Assembly (NCBI GenBank): GCA_001513335.1
Contig: LFTO01000005.1
Coordinates: forward strand, 1 to 47,510
DNA length: 47,510 nt
Direction of reading: 5' to 3'
DNA from: Clostridiales bacterium DTU086
Lineage (GTDB): Bacteria; Bacillota; DTU086
This document shows, in pieces, positions 19,727-30,700 of the stretch. The notes under the pieces were generated by a model. It was not told the DNA's origin and did not search any database. It saw only the letters and a program-made list of their open reading frames with translations. A program made the position numbers and the translations under genes. Within the stretch, counting starts at the first letter, position 1. Each line of letters starts with the position of its first letter.

Positions 19727-19995
19727 AACGGAACAATACATGCGGGCTTTTTTCTCCGTTGTACATTTCAAACTCCTAAAGACCGCATGTGTTGTGGAGC
19801 GGGACTTGTTTTGCTCAGCCGTCGCCGGCTTTGCCGGCGGTAACGGCGTGCAAGCTTGTCCGTAGCGGAGCAATACATGCGGGCTTTTGCCACCGCTTAC
19901 ATGTCAGACTCCTGGAGGCCGCATGTATTGTGGAACGAGACTTGTTTCCCGGAGTGTCTGCTCCGCCGTCGGAAATTGCGTGGGAGCTTGTCCAA
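19727..19995. repeat. Composite repeat, locus 2: tandem ~137-bp hairpin units
   Basis: CAATACATGCGGGCTTTT at 19734 and 19871; CCGCATGT at 19783 and 19919; unit similar to 32402-32510. Confidence 0.88.
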
Positions 19996-20079
19996 CATGA
20001 AATAACCGCCCACAAAGCACCGCCGTCCATTCAAGCAGCTCTTTTCCCAATGTGAATATTTTAGCACTGCCCTGCCGGA

Positions 20080-20436
20080 TTATCCATAATTCACAACCTG
20101 GCTTGAACGAATCTGCCGCACAGACAATGCATACTCGGCACAGTCCAAAACTACCTCCAAAGGAATTTCTCCGATAATGTCGGCTTCAACAATATCCACA
20201 GCAAACCGCCTCCCCAGGGCTTTTGCTGCCTCAAGAACTTTATATGGAGGGACTTCCGCAGGTTTTTTTATTACAGTCAGCACCCTGGCAAGGCTGTCCG
20301 GCCCCAAAACTATCCCGGTGGCGGAAATATTTTCCAAACCCAAGTCCTTTTCCAATTGGTTCGCTATCCAGTCAGCTATGCGACCGTCCTCTGTGGAACA
20401 AGTTAGGTTATAGCGCAAAGCACCAGACCTGTCCAT
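20080..20436 (-). CDS. Stand-alone glutamate formiminotransferase (FtcD) C-terminal subdomain-like protein
   Basis: YNL...IA..IA...GL..ISATG..L...A.V...P.YKV.E.......F.V.IV..DIIG.IPLE.VLD.AEY.L.......QV pattern matches the FtcD C-subdomain; own GGAGGGG RBS. Confidence 0.65.
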   Translation of the reverse strand: MDRSGALRYNLTCSTEDGRIADWIANQLEKDLGLENISATGIVLGPDSLARVLTVIKKPAEVPPYKVLEAAKALGRRFAVDIVEADIIGEIPLEVVLDCAEYALSVRQIRSSQVVNYG

Positions 20437-20556
20437 AACTTCCCCTCCAAAAAATGACTCTTACTAAATAGTTATGCACAGGCAAGTACAACATGCCACC
20501 GGCACAAAAAAAGATGGTGGAAAATCCTTCACGGGTACAAACTTAAAGGTACTATT

Positions 20557-20584
20557 AAAAAAGGGGCGAACAGCTGCGCCCCTT
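20557..20584 (-). terminator. Intrinsic terminator after ndk
   Basis: AAGGGGCG/CGCCCCTT stem plus U-tract. Confidence 0.8.
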
Positions 20585-20591
20585 AAACTTC

Positions 20592-21041
20592 TTATTCGTA
20601 AAGCCATTCCTCTGCAGACTTGGTGTAAGCCAGAAGTTCCTCTTCCTTAAAGTAAATCTTTATTTCACGCTGGGCACTTTCCAGAGAGTCGGCTCCATGA
20701 ATAACATTCCGCCCGATCTCAATCCCAAAATCGCCTCTGATAGTACCGGGCGCCGCCTCTTTAGGGTTCGTTTTTCCCATCATTTTCCTAACTTCCTCTA
20801 CGACTCCCTTGCCTTCCCAGACCATTGCCACAACCGGACCGGAAGTTATATATTCCAAGAGTCCCGGGAAAAAGGGCTTGTCCACATGCTCAGCATAATG
20901 CTCTCTGGCTTTCTCTTCATCAAGCTGCATTAATTTCATACCTGCCAGTTTAAATCCTTTGTTCTCAAAGCGGTTGATAATCGTGCCCACCAAATTCCGT
21001 TGAACACCGTCAGGCTTTACCATTACAAAAGTTCTCTCCAC
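20592..21041 (-). CDS. ndk: Nucleoside diphosphate kinase
   Basis: GTG 21041 with AAGGAGG RBS; [19 protein letters not shown] and NVIHGADS. Confidence 0.97.
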   Translation of the reverse strand: MERTFVMVKPDGVQRNLVGTIINRFENKGFKLAGMKLMQLDEEKAREHYAEHVDKPFFPGLLEYITSGPVVAMVWEGKGVVEEVRKMMGKTNPKEAAPGTIRGDFGIEIGRNVIHGADSLESAQREIKIYFKEEELLAYTKSAEEWLYE

Positions 21042-21107
21042 TCTTTTGCCCTCCTTGAACACTGCTATTTGCCTGCTGCAGTAAAAAGTAGTGAATTAAA
21101 ACCAGTA

Positions 21108-23057
21108 CTATACCAAATTGATAAGGCTGTAGTTCAGGATTATCGTTGGTTTGCTTGTTGATACAGGCTCCGGCCCACTAATATCATCACCAGAGGTTTT
21201 TGTATCTGTTTCACCATCTGCAGAATTTTCAGAGACTGAAGTAACTGCTTCACTATTATCATTACTTTTTAGCAAAGCTTCAAATTCCTCCGCTTCAAGT
21301 GTCTCTTTTTCCATAAGCTCTCCGGCGATTAGATGAAGCTTTTCTATATTTTCTTTCAACAGTGTTTCGGCCCGGGAATAACATTCATCCATGATCCTCC
21401 TGGCCTCTCTGTCGATGGAAACTGCTACCGCTTCCGAATAATTGCGGTCCCGGGCAATATCCCTTCCCAGGAATACCTGTTCCTGCTTGGTTCCAAAAGT
21501 TAGGGGACCCAGTTCATCCGACATTCCAAATTCGGTAATTATTTTCCTAACAAGCATTGTAGCACGCTCAAGGTCGTTCTGTGCGCCGGTGCTTATTTCA
21601 TCCAGCACAAGATCCTCTGCTACACGCCCACCTAGAAGCATGGTCACTTGGTCCAGAATCTGTGATTTTGTCATATACCTGCGGTCTTCACGGGGAAGCA
21701 GCAGGGTATATCCGCCGGCTCTGCCCCGGGGAATAATAGACACTTTATGCAGCGGGTCAGTATTCGGCAGGAGATAAGCTACCAGAGCATGCCCCGCTTC
21801 ATGATAAGAAACGAGCCTCTTTTCATAATCACTGATAACTCTGGCCTTTTTCTCCGGCCCGGCAATAACCCGTTCCACGCTTTCTTCCAGGGCATCCATG
21901 GTAATCTTCTTCTGCCCCCGTCTGGCTGACAGGAGTGCAGCTTCGTTAACCAGGTTTGAAAGGTCCGCCCCTGTAAAGCCGGGAGTCCTCCTTGCCAAAA
22001 CATTCAAGTCTACATCCTTGGCAATTTGCTTGCCCCGGGTGTGCACTTTCAATATTTCTTCTCTACCAAGGATATCAGGTACATCCATTGTTATTTGACG
22101 GTCAAACCTGCCCGGTCGAAGGAGTGCCGGGTCGAGAATGTCCGGCCTGTTAGTAGCTGCAATAATAATTATTCCTTCATTAGCTTCAAACCCGTCCATT
22201 TCCACCAGGAGCTGGTTCAATGTCTGTTCCCTTTCGTCATGCCCCCCACCAAGACCGGCACCTCTTTGACGCCCAACTGCATCGATTTCGTCAATAAAGA
22301 CAATGCAGGGAGCGTTCTTCTTGGCCTGTTCAAAAAGGTCACGGACTCTGGAAGCACCCACACCAACGAACATTTCCACGAAATCAGAACCACTTATGCT
22401 AAAGAAAGGAACATCAGCCTCACCTGCTACAGCACGGGCAACCAGTGTTTTTCCGGTGCCCGGAGGTCCGTAAAGGAGTACGCCCTTGGGAATACGGGCT
22501 CCGATTTCTGTAAACTTCTTGGGGTTCTGTAAAAACTCAACAATTTCCTGCAGTTCTTCTTTAACTTCATCGGCACCTGCCACATCAGCAAAAGTAACCT
22601 TTTTGTTATCAGTATGCATCCGGGCACGGCTCTTACCAAACTGCATAACCCTGCTGCCGCCGCCCTGAGTCTGCTGCATCATAAAGAACATCAATCCAAT
22701 CAGCAGCAGGATTGGCAGGAAAGTGCCCAAAACTCCCGCCCACCAGGGTGCTTTAGGAGGAGCTTCCGGTTTGACATTTATCCCTTTTGCCCCCAATTCC
22801 TTAGCCAAATCGGGGTCCGGGAGAGCCTCCAGGGTAAATTTGTCCCCACTTTTATAAGTCCCTGTAATACGGTAAACATTATCTTCACTGACGATTTTTA
22901 CATCTTTAACCTGACCGGTTTCAACTTTATTCATAAATTCCGTATAGTCTATAATAGCAATTTGTTCTTGGACCGGGGAAGCCCATCTTACGAAGGAAAC
23001 GGCAATCAAAACAATTAGTAAATATATTGCCAGGTTTTTGAAAATTCTATTCCGCAA
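21108..23057 (-). CDS. ftsH: ATP-dependent zinc metalloprotease FtsH
   Basis: TTG 23057 with GAGGAGG RBS; two TM segments, [20 protein letters not shown] and HEAGH. Confidence 0.98.
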   Translation of the reverse strand: MRNRIFKNLAIYLLIVLIAVSFVRWASPVQEQIAIIDYTEFMNKVETGQVKDVKIVSEDNVYRITGTYKSGDKFTLEALPDPDLAKELGAKGINVKPEAPPKAPWWAGVLGTFLPILLLIGLMFFMMQQTQGGGSRVMQFGKSRARMHTDNKKVTFADVAGADEVKEELQEIVEFLQNPKKFTEIGARIPKGVLLYGPPGTGKTLVARAVAGEADVPFFSISGSDFVEMFVGVGASRVRDLFEQAKKNAPCIVFIDEIDAVGRQRGAGLGGGHDEREQTLNQLLVEMDGFEANEGIIIIAATNRPDILDPALLRPGRFDRQITMDVPDILGREEILKVHTRGKQIAKDVDLNVLARRTPGFTGADLSNLVNEAALLSARRGQKKITMDALEESVERVIAGPEKKARVISDYEKRLVSYHEAGHALVAYLLPNTDPLHKVSIIPRGRAGGYTLLLPREDRRYMTKSQILDQVTMLLGGRVAEDLVLDEISTGAQNDLERATMLVRKIITEFGMSDELGPLTFGTKQEQVFLGRDIARDRNYSEAVAVSIDREARRIMDECYSRAETLLKENIEKLHLIAGELMEKETLEAEEFEALLKSNDNSEAVTSVSENSADGETDTKTSGDDISGPEPVSTSKPTIILNYSLINLV

Positions 23058-23170
23058 AAATGTCCCTCCTCTCAACAAGACAACGGAAATGAAAAACGGA
23101 GCAAGTTTTTTCCCATGAATACTTATTGTAACATAAGGCTGAAATAAACTCAAACACCCGCATTTTCCCC

Positions 23171-24583
23171 TTAATTCCGGTATTGTTGCAACTGAAGCCT
23201 GAGTACCTGCCTGGTACAATCTGTTACTTTCACCCTATTCTCTATGCAAAAACCTGCAACCCAGACAATTCCTCTGCTGTCGTAAACTATTGGTACCTGC
23301 GCTCTCTTACTCTGGGGTACTTTTTTATCAATCAGGTACTTTTTTATTTTTTTGCTTCCCGCACAGCCTAAGGGTTGAAATGTGTCACCTTCTTTTCGCG
23401 GCCCTACCGTCAGGGGCAGCTCCAGCTTATCCAAGTCCAAATAAGCGTCTTCAGGAGGAGCACTAAAAACCCGGCTTCTTACCGCTTCCAGGGGGAAAAC
23501 TTCAGCAGAGATTCTTACACTGGCAGCGGGAATTTCAGTTGTTCCAGGGATATTTAGGGATCGGGGTCCCCATTTCCCCCCTCCGCTGTCAATGTCACGG
23601 TCCTCTTTAACTGTTGAAAAAACTACAAAAGAATATGTCTTTTCTGCCATCACACCCTGGGGAAGATCTAACCGCTTTCCGGTCTGTCCGGAAAGGAAAA
23701 AATCCCTGACCCTTTCGACGTGTCCAAATTCAAGAGTACACTCAGGTCCGGCCAATCTTTTAAAAACTTTCCTCACTAACCTGCGCTGTAAGGCTGCATC
23801 TAAGCTCAGGAAATCTTCAACGCACAGTTGTAAAACACTGCCGGTGAAACCCACCATATCCCTAAATATAATGTCAGTCTCTTTTTCAATATAGTCATTT
23901 TCAGCCCGAATTATTTCTGCTGTCCTTGTAAGAACTTCCACCACATTTCCATTATATTCGGTCAATACCGGGATAAGTTGGTGACGTACTTTGTTGCGTA
24001 AAAATGCCAAGTCTTTGTTGGATGAATCAGTCCTAAATTTTATCCCCAAATCTGAACAAAAAGCTTCGATCTCCCTGCGCCTAACCCCCAGGAGAGGCCG
24101 TACCACAGCCCCTGAAAGGGGCCTCATTCCTGACAGGCCTTCAAGACCCGTGCCATTTAACAGATGGAGCAGCAGCGTCTCTGCCTGATCATCAGCATTA
24201 TGGGCAACCGCTATTTTTGACGCCCCTAATTCCCGGGCTGTCCTGTGCAAAAAATCATAGCGTGCTTTTCTTGCAGCTTCCTCAGTGGACAGTTTCTCCC
24301 GGGCGATTACTGCAGGGACATCGGCAGTACCCACCCTGCAGGGAAGTCCCAGCGAATCAGCAGCACTCCGGACAAAATCGGCATCTTCCCGTGCCTCTCC
24401 CCCCCGGAGCATGTGGTTAAGGTGGGCAACATACAGCTTTAGATCAAGACGGTCCCGCAGAGAGCAGAGAATGTGAAGCATGGCCATGGAATCTGCCCCT
24501 CCGGAAACAGCCAAAACAACAGCATCGCCCGACTTAAAAAGACCGTGCCGGCAAATATCATTCCAAACTTTTTCAACAATCAA
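23171..24583 (-). CDS. tilS: tRNA(Ile)-lysidine synthase
   Basis: [27 protein letters not shown] and RNKVR; start uncertain (TTG 24583 / ATG 24598). Confidence 0.95.
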   Translation of the reverse strand: MIVEKVWNDICRHGLFKSGDAVVLAVSGGADSMAMLHILCSLRDRLDLKLYVAHLNHMLRGGEAREDADFVRSAADSLGLPCRVGTADVPAVIAREKLSTEEAARKARYDFLHRTARELGASKIAVAHNADDQAETLLLHLLNGTGLEGLSGMRPLSGAVVRPLLGVRRREIEAFCSDLGIKFRTDSSNKDLAFLRNKVRHQLIPVLTEYNGNVVEVLTRTAEIIRAENDYIEKETDIIFRDMVGFTGSVLQLCVEDFLSLDAALQRRLVRKVFKRLAGPECTLEFGHVERVRDFFLSGQTGKRLDLPQGVMAEKTYSFVVFSTVKEDRDIDSGGGKWGPRSLNIPGTTEIPAASVRISAEVFPLEAVRSRVFSAPPEDAYLDLDKLELPLTVGPRKEGDTFQPLGCAGSKKIKKYLIDKKVPQSKRAQVPIVYDSRGIVWVAGFCIENRVKVTDCTRQVLRLQLQQYRN

Positions 24584-25006
24584 TAAAACCACCGCCATAC
24601 TGCACTTATTCAAATTTCGAGTATTAAACCCGTATTCCTGCTATTTGGCTTATTTTTCCTATACTTTAGTCTAACGCTGGAGAAAGCTGTTTATTCCCCT
24701 TAAAGGCATGAAATAGCAGTTCGAGTACTCATTTGGTTCTACAGACGATAAAAAATTGTGAACCCGGCAGTCTACCGGGGTCAATGTCAAAAACATCTTC
24801 TTTCTAAGGGCAGAAATTCAACCGGGAAAGAAAGTACTTCCTTGATATGGCCGCCGGTTGATATTTGGAATTGTATTTTTTTCGGGGAGAGAAAAAAGCA
24901 GGTTTTGATCCACAAAAGCAAGCCCCCGGGAAAATAACCGGGGCAGCATTGAAGTTTGTGGAAAGAGGTAAGAAGGAAAAGGCCAGCGGTGTAAGGAAGC
25001 CATAGG

Positions 25007-27427
25007 CTAGTGCAGACAGTACGGTACAATCCTCGCCACCACTACCATAATATCGTCTTTCACGGTCCCTCCCGACATTTCTTCAGCCCGGGAAACCAGG
25101 TGATCCGCTATTCTCTGAGGGTCTTCCTGGGAAAACTTGTGCAACTCTCTTATCACCCAGTCCTCCCCGAATTGAGATCTCCGGCCGGCATCCAGCAAAC
25201 CATCTGTCGTCATTACCAGCAGGTCCCCGTTTTCCAGGTCCATGGTCACAGGTTCATAATCTACCGTATCCAGAATTCCGATGGGGAGAGACCCGGAATT
25301 AACAGTATGAATGTTTTTACCCTTCTTAATAAAGCTGGGCTGGGCAGCAATCTTCACAAAATCCGCTTTTCCGGAAAAAAGGTCGATAACAGCCAGGTCA
25401 ACAGTGGAAAAGGTATCTTCCGGGGAACGGAGAGCCAGGGCAGCATTAACGGTTTTTACAGCCAGTTCCCTGTCGAATCCGCATTCCAGCAGGCTTTTTA
25501 ACAAATTTACCGTTGCCATGCTTTCTCTGGCGGCCCTGGAACCGGACCCCATTCCATCGCTCAAGACCAGGGCCGTTCTGCTGTGAAGAAACACTGATGC
25601 AAAACTGTCACCGGACACCCCGTTACCCGTCTTGATACACTGTGCAATTCCCAAATCTATATCCAAAAGGCGTCTGGGAACGAAACTTATCTCGCAGGCT
25701 TTAACTCCGGATTCCATTGCACATTCAAAGTGTCCTATTGACATCCTTACACCGAGGACATCTTCAATAATAGGTGCCGTCTTCTCCGTACAGTCCTTAA
25801 ATCCACGGCAGGGCTTTTTCACAAGGTGACAGTGATAGCTGTGGTTTCTCTTGAATACAGAAACATCCCTTATTCTAATACCGTTGAGCTCCAACACCTC
25901 CACCAGTTTTCGTTCAATCTCTTCTTCGGTGCGGTCCTTGATTTCAGTTTGCTTGACCAACTTGCTGATAATTTCACCAACCCCGTGAAGCTGGGAGGAT
26001 ACCAGGTCTTTGCTTTCGGTAAGCTTTTTCTGCCAAAAACAGTTTACCTGGCAAATATCCCAAACACAATTGATTGTAGCAGCCATTTCCACAGTGCGCC
26101 TGCACCTGGCGCCAAGAACCCCGCGTATATCTTTGTCAGTGATTTTCCCGGTCTCCTCAATTTTTACGAACAAAGCCAGTATGTTCTGGTATGTATTATA
26201 AATATCATTTTCCCAACAGGTCCTAAACATGGAACATTCCCCACAGACATTGGCAGAAATGGTATTCAGCATCAGGTCAAGGCTGTCTATCCCTCTATCC
26301 TCCTGATCGGCTAGATCATCACTCTCAAGGCCAAGCCCGGTCTGTTCGAAAGTCCTGGCCAATTCATGAAATACAAAACCGAGTTCTTTTACTTTTTTCA
26401 AAACTTCTTTGGAGTCCTGTTCCAAACCTGTTCTTTTAGTAAAGGGCATAAGGTATCTCAACCGGTCAAACCAATTTTCCGGGTGAAGCACAAAAATCAC
26501 TCCGGCAAAGAGCACTTCACCCAGTGCAATAGAAAGGGAAGTCTCCCCCAAGAAATAAACAGAAAATATAAGATGCCCAATAATAAATCCTCCCAGAGCT
26601 CCAAACTTTCCAATATGGCGGAAAACCCCTGCACATAATCCGGAAAAGGCATAGATTCCTACGGCATTGGGAACTGCAGCAGCTGTAAGGCTGGGAATGA
26701 TCCCTACCACGGCTCCTATTCCTGCACCCATCCCGCACCCTCCAATATGTGCGGCAGAAATAATCACATAGGTGCTTACGATTCCTGCAAGGCTTAAGGG
26801 ACCAAAATAGACGTCATTGATTCCGCTGATTACACCCGCCCCAAGGACAACGTAACATGCTGCTTCCTCCACAGTAAGGCCTGTCCCCTCTACTTTCATT
26901 CGAGTTAACGACTGCAGCACAATTACAAAAGCATAAGTGAATCCCGCTGCAAGCAGACATTCGAACCCGACGGCCATAAAAGTGTACATAGTGGCAGACC
27001 ATACAGCTGCAAAAGCCCCTTTAACCACTCCGGTGCAAACAAAAGCAACACCGGGTAAAAAGGGAGTCCTGAAATGCCCACGTACATTCACTCCCTGTAG
27101 AATAACGGCACACATTAAAATAACCGCTACTGACTGCCACAGCATATAACCGTCAACTGCTGTCAACAGCCCTAAACTGATAAACAAGGCCAGCGGCCAG
27201 TTAAGGTTTTTTCTATATCCCGCCGCAGCAACAAAAAACGCAGTCCCAAAGGGCAGCAGTTCTCCGAAAACTGCTGCCCGGGAAAGGAGGAAGGCTACGG
27301 CTAACAGACTAATCGTTTCTACCACAAACTGCTTCCCGGTAATCCAGGAACGGCTCAATCCCCATTTGTCTTTTCTTCCAATGGAATAGTTTTGGTTGTG
27401 CGTGTAAGCGTGAGTATCATTTAACAT
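25007..27427 (-). CDS. spoIIE: Stage II sporulation protein E (membrane PP2C phosphatase)
   Basis: About 10 TM helices, Cys-rich middle region, SGD, LSDGMGSG, TDG and KDD PP2C motifs; synteny with tilS and the tRNAs. Confidence 0.96.
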   Translation of the reverse strand: MLNDTHAYTHNQNYSIGRKDKWGLSRSWITGKQFVVETISLLAVAFLLSRAAVFGELLPFGTAFFVAAAGYRKNLNWPLALFISLGLLTAVDGYMLWQSVAVILMCAVILQGVNVRGHFRTPFLPGVAFVCTGVVKGAFAAVWSATMYTFMAVGFECLLAAGFTYAFVIVLQSLTRMKVEGTGLTVEEAACYVVLGAGVISGINDVYFGPLSLAGIVSTYVIISAAHIGGCGMGAGIGAVVGIIPSLTAAAVPNAVGIYAFSGLCAGVFRHIGKFGALGGFIIGHLIFSVYFLGETSLSIALGEVLFAGVIFVLHPENWFDRLRYLMPFTKRTGLEQDSKEVLKKVKELGFVFHELARTFEQTGLGLESDDLADQEDRGIDSLDLMLNTISANVCGECSMFRTCWENDIYNTYQNILALFVKIEETGKITDKDIRGVLGARCRRTVEMAATINCVWDICQVNCFWQKKLTESKDLVSSQLHGVGEIISKLVKQTEIKDRTEEEIERKLVEVLELNGIRIRDVSVFKRNHSYHCHLVKKPCRGFKDCTEKTAPIIEDVLGVRMSIGHFECAMESGVKACEISFVPRRLLDIDLGIAQCIKTGNGVSGDSFASVFLHSRTALVLSDGMGSGSRAARESMATVNLLKSLLECGFDRELAVKTVNAALALRSPEDTFSTVDLAVIDLFSGKADFVKIAAQPSFIKKGKNIHTVNSGSLPIGILDTVDYEPVTMDLENGDLLVMTTDGLLDAGRRSQFGEDWVIRELHKFSQEDPQRIADHLVSRAEEMSGGTVKDDIMVVVARIVPYCLH

Positions 27428-27462
27428 TGTGTACACCTACCTGGCTCAAGTGTTTGCTTCCC

Positions 27463-27561
27463 ATTATAGACAAGCAACCCAAAAATTTTTGTCAGGTTTG
27501 GTTTTATTGCTTTGAGAAACTTTCGACAAATACACGACAAAACCTAAAGTCCAGTATGACA
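27463..27561 (-). promoter_or_regulatory. Spo0A-dependent spoIIE promoter
   Basis: CTGACA(27495-27490)-N21-TATAAT(27468-27463); perfect 0A box TGTCGAA at 27528-27522 and weaker boxes near 27533 and 27555. Confidence 0.7.
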
Positions 27562-27726
27562 GCTCCGAAAAGGGTTTCCGCCGCAACACAATAGCGGGAT
27601 TATTGAAGTAGTTGTTACAGAAAAAAAAAGTAAAATTTCTAAAACAAATTAATTCCTTAAGGTCCTCAAAGATGTTGACAACCGCTGGATTCGGTTCTTC
27701 TGCCAGCCATTCTGGTGGTTACAGGC

Positions 27727-27763
27727 AAAAAAAATCCCCGTACTTGTAATAAGTACGAGGATT
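27727..27763 (-). terminator. Terminator of the tRNA operon
   Basis: AATCCTCGTACTT-ATTAC-AAGTACGGGGATT stem plus U-tract. Confidence 0.85.
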
Positions 27764-27765
27764 AG

Positions 27766-27840
27766 TGGTGACCCGTAGGGGATTTGAACCCCTGTAACCG
27801 GCGTGAAAGGCCGGTGTCTTAACCACTTGACCAACGGGCC
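27766..27840 (-). tRNA. tRNA-Glu (UUC)
   Basis: GGCCCGTTGGTCAAGTGG...CCGGC-CT-TTC-AC-GCCGG...GGTTCAAATCC...CACCA cloverleaf. Confidence 0.97.
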
Positions 27841-27867
27841 TTTTTGTCCAAATACACCCAAAAACTA

Positions 27868-27944
27868 TGGTAGCGGTGGTTGGACTTGAACCAACGACGC
27901 TACGGGTATGAACCGTATGCTCTAGCCACCTGAGCTACACCGCC
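27868..27944 (-). tRNA. tRNA-Met (CAU), elongator type
   Basis: GGCGGTGTAGCTCAG...TACGG-TT-CAT-AC-CCGTA...CCGCTACCA; resembles the Bacillus elongator Met tRNA. Confidence 0.93.
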
Positions 27945-27949
27945 ATAAA

Positions 27950-28025
<76 letters not shown>

Positions 28026-28063
28026 TCAAAAGATAAATATTCATTTTTGTCGTGCATTATTAA

Positions 28064-28091
28064 ATTATACGGATATATAAACAAATGTCAA
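28064..28091 (-). promoter_or_regulatory. Sigma-A promoter of the tRNA operon
   Basis: TTGACA-N16-TATAAT. Confidence 0.85.
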
Positions 28092-28099
28092 GGGGGTAA

Positions 28100-28540
28100 T
28101 CAACTTAACATCAGCCTGGCTCCTAAGGCGAGAAATATCAAACCGGCTAATTTCATGAAGGTAAAGGGCACTTTTTCCAGTCCAAACAGGCCAAATTGAT
28201 CAATCAGCATGGCTGTTGACACCTGCCCCACGATAATAGCAGTTGTAGCCAGGGCAACTCCTACTTTGGGAATGCTGGCAGCCACTCCGTAAATAATCAG
28301 CACACTGATAATGCCTCCCAAATAGGCATACCAGGGAACCTCCATCAATTTACCAAGATTTCCTTTCCCAAACCCAAACAGCACAATCAACCCTGCCATA
28401 GCGCTCCCTATAATATGCACCAACAATGTTGCCTCAATCTGCCCCACATACTTGCCCAGCACGGCATTCAATGACCCCTGTACAGCCATGGCTATACCAG
28501 CCGTTAAGGCAAAGGACATTGCTAACCAATCTAAAGTCAT
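28100..28540 (-). CDS. DMT-superfamily YdcZ/DUF606 membrane protein
   Basis: AVQGSLN, PWYAYLGG, GQ and IDQFGLFG; ATG 28540 with GGGAGGA RBS. Confidence 0.88.
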   Translation of the reverse strand: MTLDWLAMSFALTAGIAMAVQGSLNAVLGKYVGQIEATLLVHIIGSAMAGLIVLFGFGKGNLGKLMEVPWYAYLGGIISVLIIYGVAASIPKVGVALATTAIIVGQVSTAMLIDQFGLFGLEKVPFTFMKLAGLIFLALGARLMLS

Positions 28541-28729
28541 TTTTTTCCTCCCAAAGTTCAGATTTTTGTCCATGTAACATAAATTGTTGCATTTTGACAT
28601 CATTGAATATTCTTGCACCTACCAACCTCGAATATGGTGGAAATATTAACCTTAGAGTAACAGGTATAAACCTTCCCGACCTTTGCCAATATATAAGAGA
28701 AAAAAGAAACAGATAAGGAATGAGGCCCC

Positions 28730-29683
28730 TTGAATTACCGGTTTTTAAAATTTGTTATTATTACAGCTTTTGTTTTTTTTATTGCTATAACCCCTCAAGT
28801 TCACGGGTTTCCCGCCCCCTACGGTGGATGCACTGCTACAGACCGTACTCTCTTTCTCAATGAACCCCCGTTAACAGGAGATGATGTTCTTGAACTCCAG
28901 GAACGGCTTTCGGAACTGGGATATTATAATGGAAAGCTTAGCGGGGTTTTTGACGAAAAAACATGTGAAGCAGTGAAAAAAATTCAAAAAGACTCCAATA
29001 TGAATCCTACGGGAGAAGTTGGCCCGGCAACATGGGAAATACTTTCAAAGGGAATTGAGGCTCCCCCTGTAACCACAAATACTTCCAAAAAGGAAAAACC
29101 TGAAGGGTATATGAGCATCTTGATTGATACCAATAAAAAAACCCTAACCCTATTGTGTGACGGTGAACCTTTCAAAACCTTCCCCTGTGCAGTAGGGAAG
29201 TTCTCAACGCCGTCCCCTATCGGTGAATGGACAATTGTTCACAAAGGAGGTAAGTGGGGTGGAGGATTTGGCGACCGCTGGATGGGTCTCAACGTTCCCT
29301 GGGGAGTATACGGTATTCACGGAACAAATAAACCCTATTCCATAGGTACTAACGCCTCTCACGGATGCATCAGGATGTTCAATGAACACGTCAGAGATCT
29401 GTACCAATACGTTGAGATCGGCACACCTGTAAAAATTGTCGGAGATCCAGCAATGCCTCCCGGTGCAAAGTACAGGAAGTCAATGCGCAAGGATGCTACC
29501 GGTCCTGATGTTGTCCAGGTACAGCTGCGTTTGAAAGAAAAGGGTTTTCTCTGCGGACGTGCAGATGGGCGTTTCGGTACAGCAACAGAACTGGCGGTCA
29601 AGTTTTTTCAGGTACGATCAGGGCTTAAAGATACCGGCATCGTAGAGGAGGAAACTTACTCGGCTCTGGGCATTGAACTCTAA
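28730..29683 (+). CDS. Secreted L,D-transpeptidase (YkuD domain) flanked by two peptidoglycan-binding domains
   Basis: Signal peptide; GDDVLELQERL and GPDVVQVQLRL PG-binding repeats; GIHGT...SHGCIRM catalytic motif. Confidence 0.9.
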   Translation: MNYRFLKFVIITAFVFFIAITPQVHGFPAPYGGCTATDRTLFLNEPPLTGDDVLELQERLSELGYYNGKLSGVFDEKTCEAVKKIQKDSNMNPTGEVGPATWEILSKGIEAPPVTTNTSKKEKPEGYMSILIDTNKKTLTLLCDGEPFKTFPCAVGKFSTPSPIGEWTIVHKGGKWGGGFGDRWMGLNVPWGVYGIHGTNKPYSIGTNASHGCIRMFNEHVRDLYQYVEIGTPVKIVGDPAMPPGAKYRKSMRKDATGPDVVQVQLRLKEKGFLCGRADGRFGTATELAVKFFQVRSGLKDTGIVEEETYSALGIEL

Positions 29684-29803
29684 GGCCTCAACTTGAAGCC
29701 CTTACCGTTGCATAACTTGGGGATTTTACAGGCTTGTTGCCTGCCAGAATCCAAAATGCAAAATATACAGGCAAGAGATGCTTCCTTTGTTACAATTTGA
29801 AAC

Positions 29804-29835
29804 AAAAAATCCTCTTCCCTTAGAAGAGGATTTTT
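29804..29835. terminator. Bidirectional terminator between convergent genes
   Basis: AAAAAATCCTCTTC-CCTTA-GAAGAGGATTTTT. Confidence 0.85.
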
Positions 29836-29871
29836 CTACATTTGCCTTATAAAACTAAGATATGAAACCGA

Positions 29872-30258
29872 TTATATTCTTCCGGCGGCACGTCCCCCGC
29901 GTTTAGATTCGGTATTACGCCTTAGATCCTGCTGCCTTTCATCACTTTCTTTTAAAAACTTTGCCATTTTATCTTCAAAAGAAATTTCACGGCTTTTGCT
30001 TCGATTTTTGTTCCCTCTTGGGCTGGCATTCAATTGTTTAATAGAAAGGCCTATTTTCCCGTCGTCACCAATATTAATAACCTTAACCTTTACCTGCTGC
30101 TTCTCTTTCAAAAAATCATTTACATCCTTAACATAAGTATCCGCAACTTCAGAGATATGAATTAGTCCAGTAATACCGCCAGGCAGTTCAACAAAAGCAC
30201 CAAATTTGGTAATGCCGGTTACTACACCTTCTACAATATTACCCACTGCAAGGGACAT
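29872..30258 (-). CDS. yabR: S1 RNA-binding protein YabR
   Basis: GITKFGAFV, GLIHISE and SFEDKMAKFLKES; own promoter TTGACA(30326-30321)-N17-TATAAT(30303-30298). Confidence 0.92.
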   Translation of the reverse strand: MSLAVGNIVEGVVTGITKFGAFVELPGGITGLIHISEVADTYVKDVNDFLKEKQQVKVKVINIGDDGKIGLSIKQLNASPRGNKNRSKSREISFEDKMAKFLKESDERQQDLRRNTESKRGGRAAGRI

Positions 30259-30322
30259 GCTTTGAATACTCCTCCTAACACAATTAAAACTAAGGCTATT
30301 ATAGCTAATAGCTAGATTCCTG

Positions 30323-30700
30323 TCAATTACTAATGTCCCCCGAATTATTTCTGGTTAATACAAGATTTTCCCCGGGTTTCACCATACCCAACTGCTCCCT
30401 GGCAAGTTTTTCGATATATTCCCCGCTCTGTACCATCTCCATATCTTTCTGAAGCTGTTCCTGGTAGCTCAGCAGCTGCTGTTTCTCCTGTAAGTAAAAG
30501 TCTATTTCCCGGTCAAGCTGTACAATCGTCCAGTGAAGCTGGATTAAATTCCAAAATATGCAGAACACTACTGCAGCACATATCAGTGTTCCATATTTTA
30601 TCTTAATTAGTCTACCTTTTTTTGTCCGGTTTTTAATTGGAAGTTCAGTAACCGGGGTCAGTTTATTATTCATATCAAAAACGTGCTGGCTCCGCGGCAT
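30323..30700 (-). CDS. divIC: Septum formation initiator DivIC/FtsB
   Basis: Single TM, coiled coil, YIEKLAREQLGMVKPGE. Confidence 0.9.
   Translation of the reverse strand: MPRSQHVFDMNNKLTPVTELPIKNRTKKGRLIKIKYGTLICAAVVFCIFWNLIQLHWTIVQLDREIDFYLQEKQQLLSYQEQLQKDMEMVQSGEYIEKLAREQLGMVKPGENLVLTRNNSGDISN

Noticed and set aside
19727-19995. CRISPR array
   Set aside because: Period ~137 bp, degenerate long units, linkers similar to each other, no cas genes
19700-20590. THF or ZTP riboswitch upstream of the folate genes
   Set aside because: No recognisable aptamer consensus; the hairpins are explained by the repeat family
27580-27766. Integrative element at the tRNA-Glu 3' end
   Set aside because: No integrase or duplicated tRNA 3' end; spoIIE follows directly
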